The notes under the pieces: generated by a model | Databases searched by the model: none | Told to the model about the DNA's origin: nothing | What the model saw: only the letters and a program-made list of their open reading frames with translations | In this document: in pieces, positions 61,837 through 64,000 of the stretch | How the letters are laid out: each line of letters begins with the position of its first letter | Position numbering within the stretch: the first letter of the stretch is position 1 | Program-made: the position numbers and the translations under genes | Source of the DNA: Alphaproteobacteria bacterium | Lineage (GTDB): Bacteria; Pseudomonadota; Alphaproteobacteria; RF32; CAG-239 | Direction: 5' to 3' | DNA: 64,000 bases | Assembly (NCBI GenBank): GCA_017626035.1 | Contig: JAGAJR010000010.1 | Span: 581 to 64,580, forward strand

Positions 61837-62232
61837 TTATATCCGGTGATTGGAAAGGCGTTTGTTTTTGGCGTTATCTTTGCCGAGTTGGTAGACACTA
61901 ATCAGATTATCAATGGAATCTTCGACAACATCAATAAATTCTTTGTTATGAGTCATTAGTTTGCGGGAAATTTCTTCGACTTTTTTGCGAACAAGTTTGT
62001 CTTTGCTTGGTTGAACGGAAAAATCAAAAAGGTCGCCGATGTCAATTTCGAGTTTTGTTGCAATTTTATTAAGAGTTTCAATTTTCGGAGAAATTTTTCC
62101 CAATTCAATTCCGGAAATTGTGTTCATAGACATATCCATGTCATAAGCGAGTTCCAGCTGGCTAACGCCTTTAATTTTGCGAAGTTCGCGAATTCTGGCT
62201 CCCAGCTCTATTGCAAAAGTATCATCAGTCAT
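61837..62232 (-). CDS. XRE-family helix-turn-helix regulator
   Basis: LGARIRELRK..GVSQLELA......ISGIELG...P....L.KIA..L. Confidence 0.9.
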   Translation of the reverse strand: MTDDTFAIELGARIRELRKIKGVSQLELAYDMDMSMNTISGIELGKISPKIETLNKIATKLEIDIGDLFDFSVQPSKDKLVRKKVEEISRKLMTHNKEFIDVVEDSIDNLISVYQLGKDNAKNKRLSNHRI

Positions 62233-62292
62233 CCGCTTATATTCCTATTTTATTGTGAATCGATATATACTATAAACTTGTAATTTTTGTGG

Positions 62293-62321
62293 TTGACATT
62301 GATTAATTACTAATATATTAT
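62293..62321 (+). promoter_or_regulatory. Near-consensus sigma70 promoter for the Cys-rich locus
   Basis: TTGACA-17 bp-TATTAT. Confidence 0.65.
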
Positions 62322-62389
62322 GAATTTAACAGTAGAACTTAAAAAAATTAACATTTAATTGTGAATCTTGATTTTTTGAACACTGCTGG

Positions 62390-62456
62390 TGGAAAAGGGG
62401 AAAACCGAAGCCTATACACACATACACACACCTACATAGTATGTTCCCCTTTTCCA
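62390..62456 (+). promoter_or_regulatory. Leader stem-loop with CA-rich loop
   Basis: 13-bp perfect stem TGGAAAAGGGGAA / TTCCCCTTTTCCA enclosing ...TATACACACATACACACACCTACATAG... Confidence 0.55.
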
Positions 62457-62483
62457 GATTTTTATGTGAAAGGACGGTGTAAA

Positions 62484-63353
62484 ATGAAAAAACAAACTCT
62501 GATAACCTCATTGGCAACTGTTTTGTTCTTTGTTCCGGAGCTTTCACAAGCAGCTGTTTGTGCCTTGGGGGGCGACGGTTGTTCTACTCTATCATTTAAT
62601 CAATCAGATCACGATTTCAAGCTGGATGACGGCTGGGAGTGTATGGAAGATGGTTATACGGTAACCTCATGTCCGGCCGGAAAAAAAAGCAGCGGGAGTT
62701 GTCCGTATGCTTCCGGCTATTACAAAGAATGTGTGTGCGATACATCGGTTTATACGAGTTCAAGTTCCTCGCAATGCGGCAGTTTAGCGGATGTAGAAGG
62801 GTGCACGGATGATCACGGGAGTTATTACAAATGCACCTGCGATACAACGATTATGACAACTTGTTCGGGCGGCAGCCAATATGCCTCCGGGACACCTTCG
62901 TGTGTGATGAACGGCGTCTCATACTTTTTGAATGCGGAGTGTGTAACCTGTCAGTCTCCGACGATTTTAAACTCATCCAAAACAGCGTGCGAATGTCCGT
63001 CAAACTATAAGGAATGCAACAGTTCAAACAATGAAATCGGCAGCGGCGTAAGCTGCAGTGTCGGCGATGTTGTAAAGTATCTGACCTGTTCCTGTCCGAC
63101 AAGTTATAAACAGTGCGATTTGGGCGGAGAGGTCGGAGCCAAAAAATGTACGATGAATGGTGTGGATTATTGGTCGGCTTGTAAAACATGCCCTAATTTG
63201 GGAACTCATACCTCTTGTCCAGCAGGATATTTGTGTACGTATGAGGATTGTTCAAAGAAATATTACATTACCGGCTGTGCGACCGGCAATGTGGATGTGT
63301 CGCAATCGTCTTGCAGCTGGTACAGCTGTTGGGGCGTGGTTTGGAGCAAATAG
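62484..63353 (+). CDS. Secreted cysteine-rich repeat protein
   Basis: RBS AAGGA, signal peptide MKKQTLITSLATVLFFVPELSQA, repeated Y..C.C....Y..C modules; start reassigned from 62361. Confidence 0.8.
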   Translation: MKKQTLITSLATVLFFVPELSQAAVCALGGDGCSTLSFNQSDHDFKLDDGWECMEDGYTVTSCPAGKKSSGSCPYASGYYKECVCDTSVYTSSSSSQCGSLADVEGCTDDHGSYYKCTCDTTIMTTCSGGSQYASGTPSCVMNGVSYFLNAECVTCQSPTILNSSKTACECPSNYKECNSSNNEIGSGVSCSVGDVVKYLTCSCPTSYKQCDLGGEVGAKKCTMNGVDYWSACKTCPNLGTHTSCPAGYLCTYEDCSKKYYITGCATGNVDVSQSSCSWYSCWGVVWSK

Positions 63354-63377
63354 CCGAAAAAACTAAGGAGAAGGACT

Positions 63378-64000
63378 ATGACTGATATAATTAGAAAAAT
63401 TATGGGAGCAGGCTTGTTTTTACTCGCTTTCTCCTTGGTGTGCGGAAATGAAGCTCGGGCACAAAGCTGTCTGACTCCGCCAAGCTGCGATACGCTGGGG
63501 TATAAGCAGACTGCAGATGATTGTTCCGGTCAGGAACGGGTATTGAAATGTCCGTTTGACCAGACGAAAATGTTTTGTCTGGACACGATTACGCAAAATC
63601 TGGAAGTAGGGGCAATTTTGTATTCGGATATGACGGTTACGACCGGTATTGTTACCGGCAAAACGCCTATCGGTGTTGTTTTTGATACCAATAAGCGGCT
63701 GGCCGTAGCCATTGACCAATCGTCAAGTACTTTAACTTTCGGCGGATACGGAGCGGATATTCCAAGTCTGGTAAATTGTACCAGTGAACCGTTATCCTGT
63801 GGAACGGATGGTAAGGCGAATACGGCAGCAATCATTGCTTACGGCAAATCAAATGGTATTTCTTATCCGGCAGCCGAGTATTGCAATAAATATACAACAA
63901 CGGGAACAAAAGCCGGAGATTGGCATTTGCCAAGCTATGCCGAGCTGAAAAGCATTTACAATGCTAAAAGTATGATAAATGCAACTTTGAATCTGCTTGG
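63378..64000 (+). CDS. Secreted protein with Cys N-module and DUF1566/CLec-like domain (runs off the window; absent from the ORF track)
   Basis: RBS AAGGAG; MTDIIRKIMGAGLFLLAFSLVCGNEARA|QSCLTPPSCDTLGY...LKCPFD...FC, then VGAILYSD...PIGVVF...AAEYC...GDWHLPSYAEL; no stop before the window end. Confidence 0.8.
   Translation, partial: MTDIIRKIMGAGLFLLAFSLVCGNEARAQSCLTPPSCDTLGYKQTADDCSGQERVLKCPFDQTKMFCLDTITQNLEVGAILYSDMTVTTGIVTGKTPIGVVFDTNKRLAVAIDQSSSTLTFGGYGADIPSLVNCTSEPLSCGTDGKANTAAIIAYGKSNGISYPAAEYCNKYTTTGTKAGDWHLPSYAELKSIYNAKSMINATLNLL

Noticed and set aside
62361-62483. N-terminal extension (…YTHTHTY…) of the Cys-rich ORF
   Set aside because: The RBS and signal peptide support the ATG at 62484; the extension is the translated leader hairpin

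Overview
Chromosomal window of an alphaproteobacterium with Rhodospirillales-type gene order; an uncultured host-associated RF32-like lineage is my inference. It is mostly core genes: uvrC-pgsA-ompR/envZ-like, rplU-rpmA-obgE-rsfS-rlmH, uvrB, the fliL-fliM motor cluster, PiT, DsbA, xseB-ispA, rnd, aspS, tRNA-Gln, tRNA-Thr, prmA, pepP and yebC-ruvCAB-ybgC-tolQRA. A surface-glycan cluster lies at about 41-50 kb. The most unusual items are: (i) two paralogous C-type-lectin/DUF1566-like genes, one with a DGR-like variable tail but no reverse transcriptase or template repeat in the window; (ii) an XRE-flanked locus of Cys-rich secreted proteins directly after tolA, with a CA-rich stem-loop in its leader; (iii) a PilM-like plus 968-aa PilV-like pilin/adhesin pair; (iv) a hydrophobic-Pro-polybasic terminal tag shared by unrelated glycan-cluster enzymes; (v) two tandem long palindromic elements between rlmH and uvrB; (vi) a histone-like tail on PgsA; (vii) an acidic protein with YEYEY motifs and 81-bp repeats. 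No CRISPR array, rRNA, integrase or transposase was seen. All calls come from reading motifs; no database searches were run.
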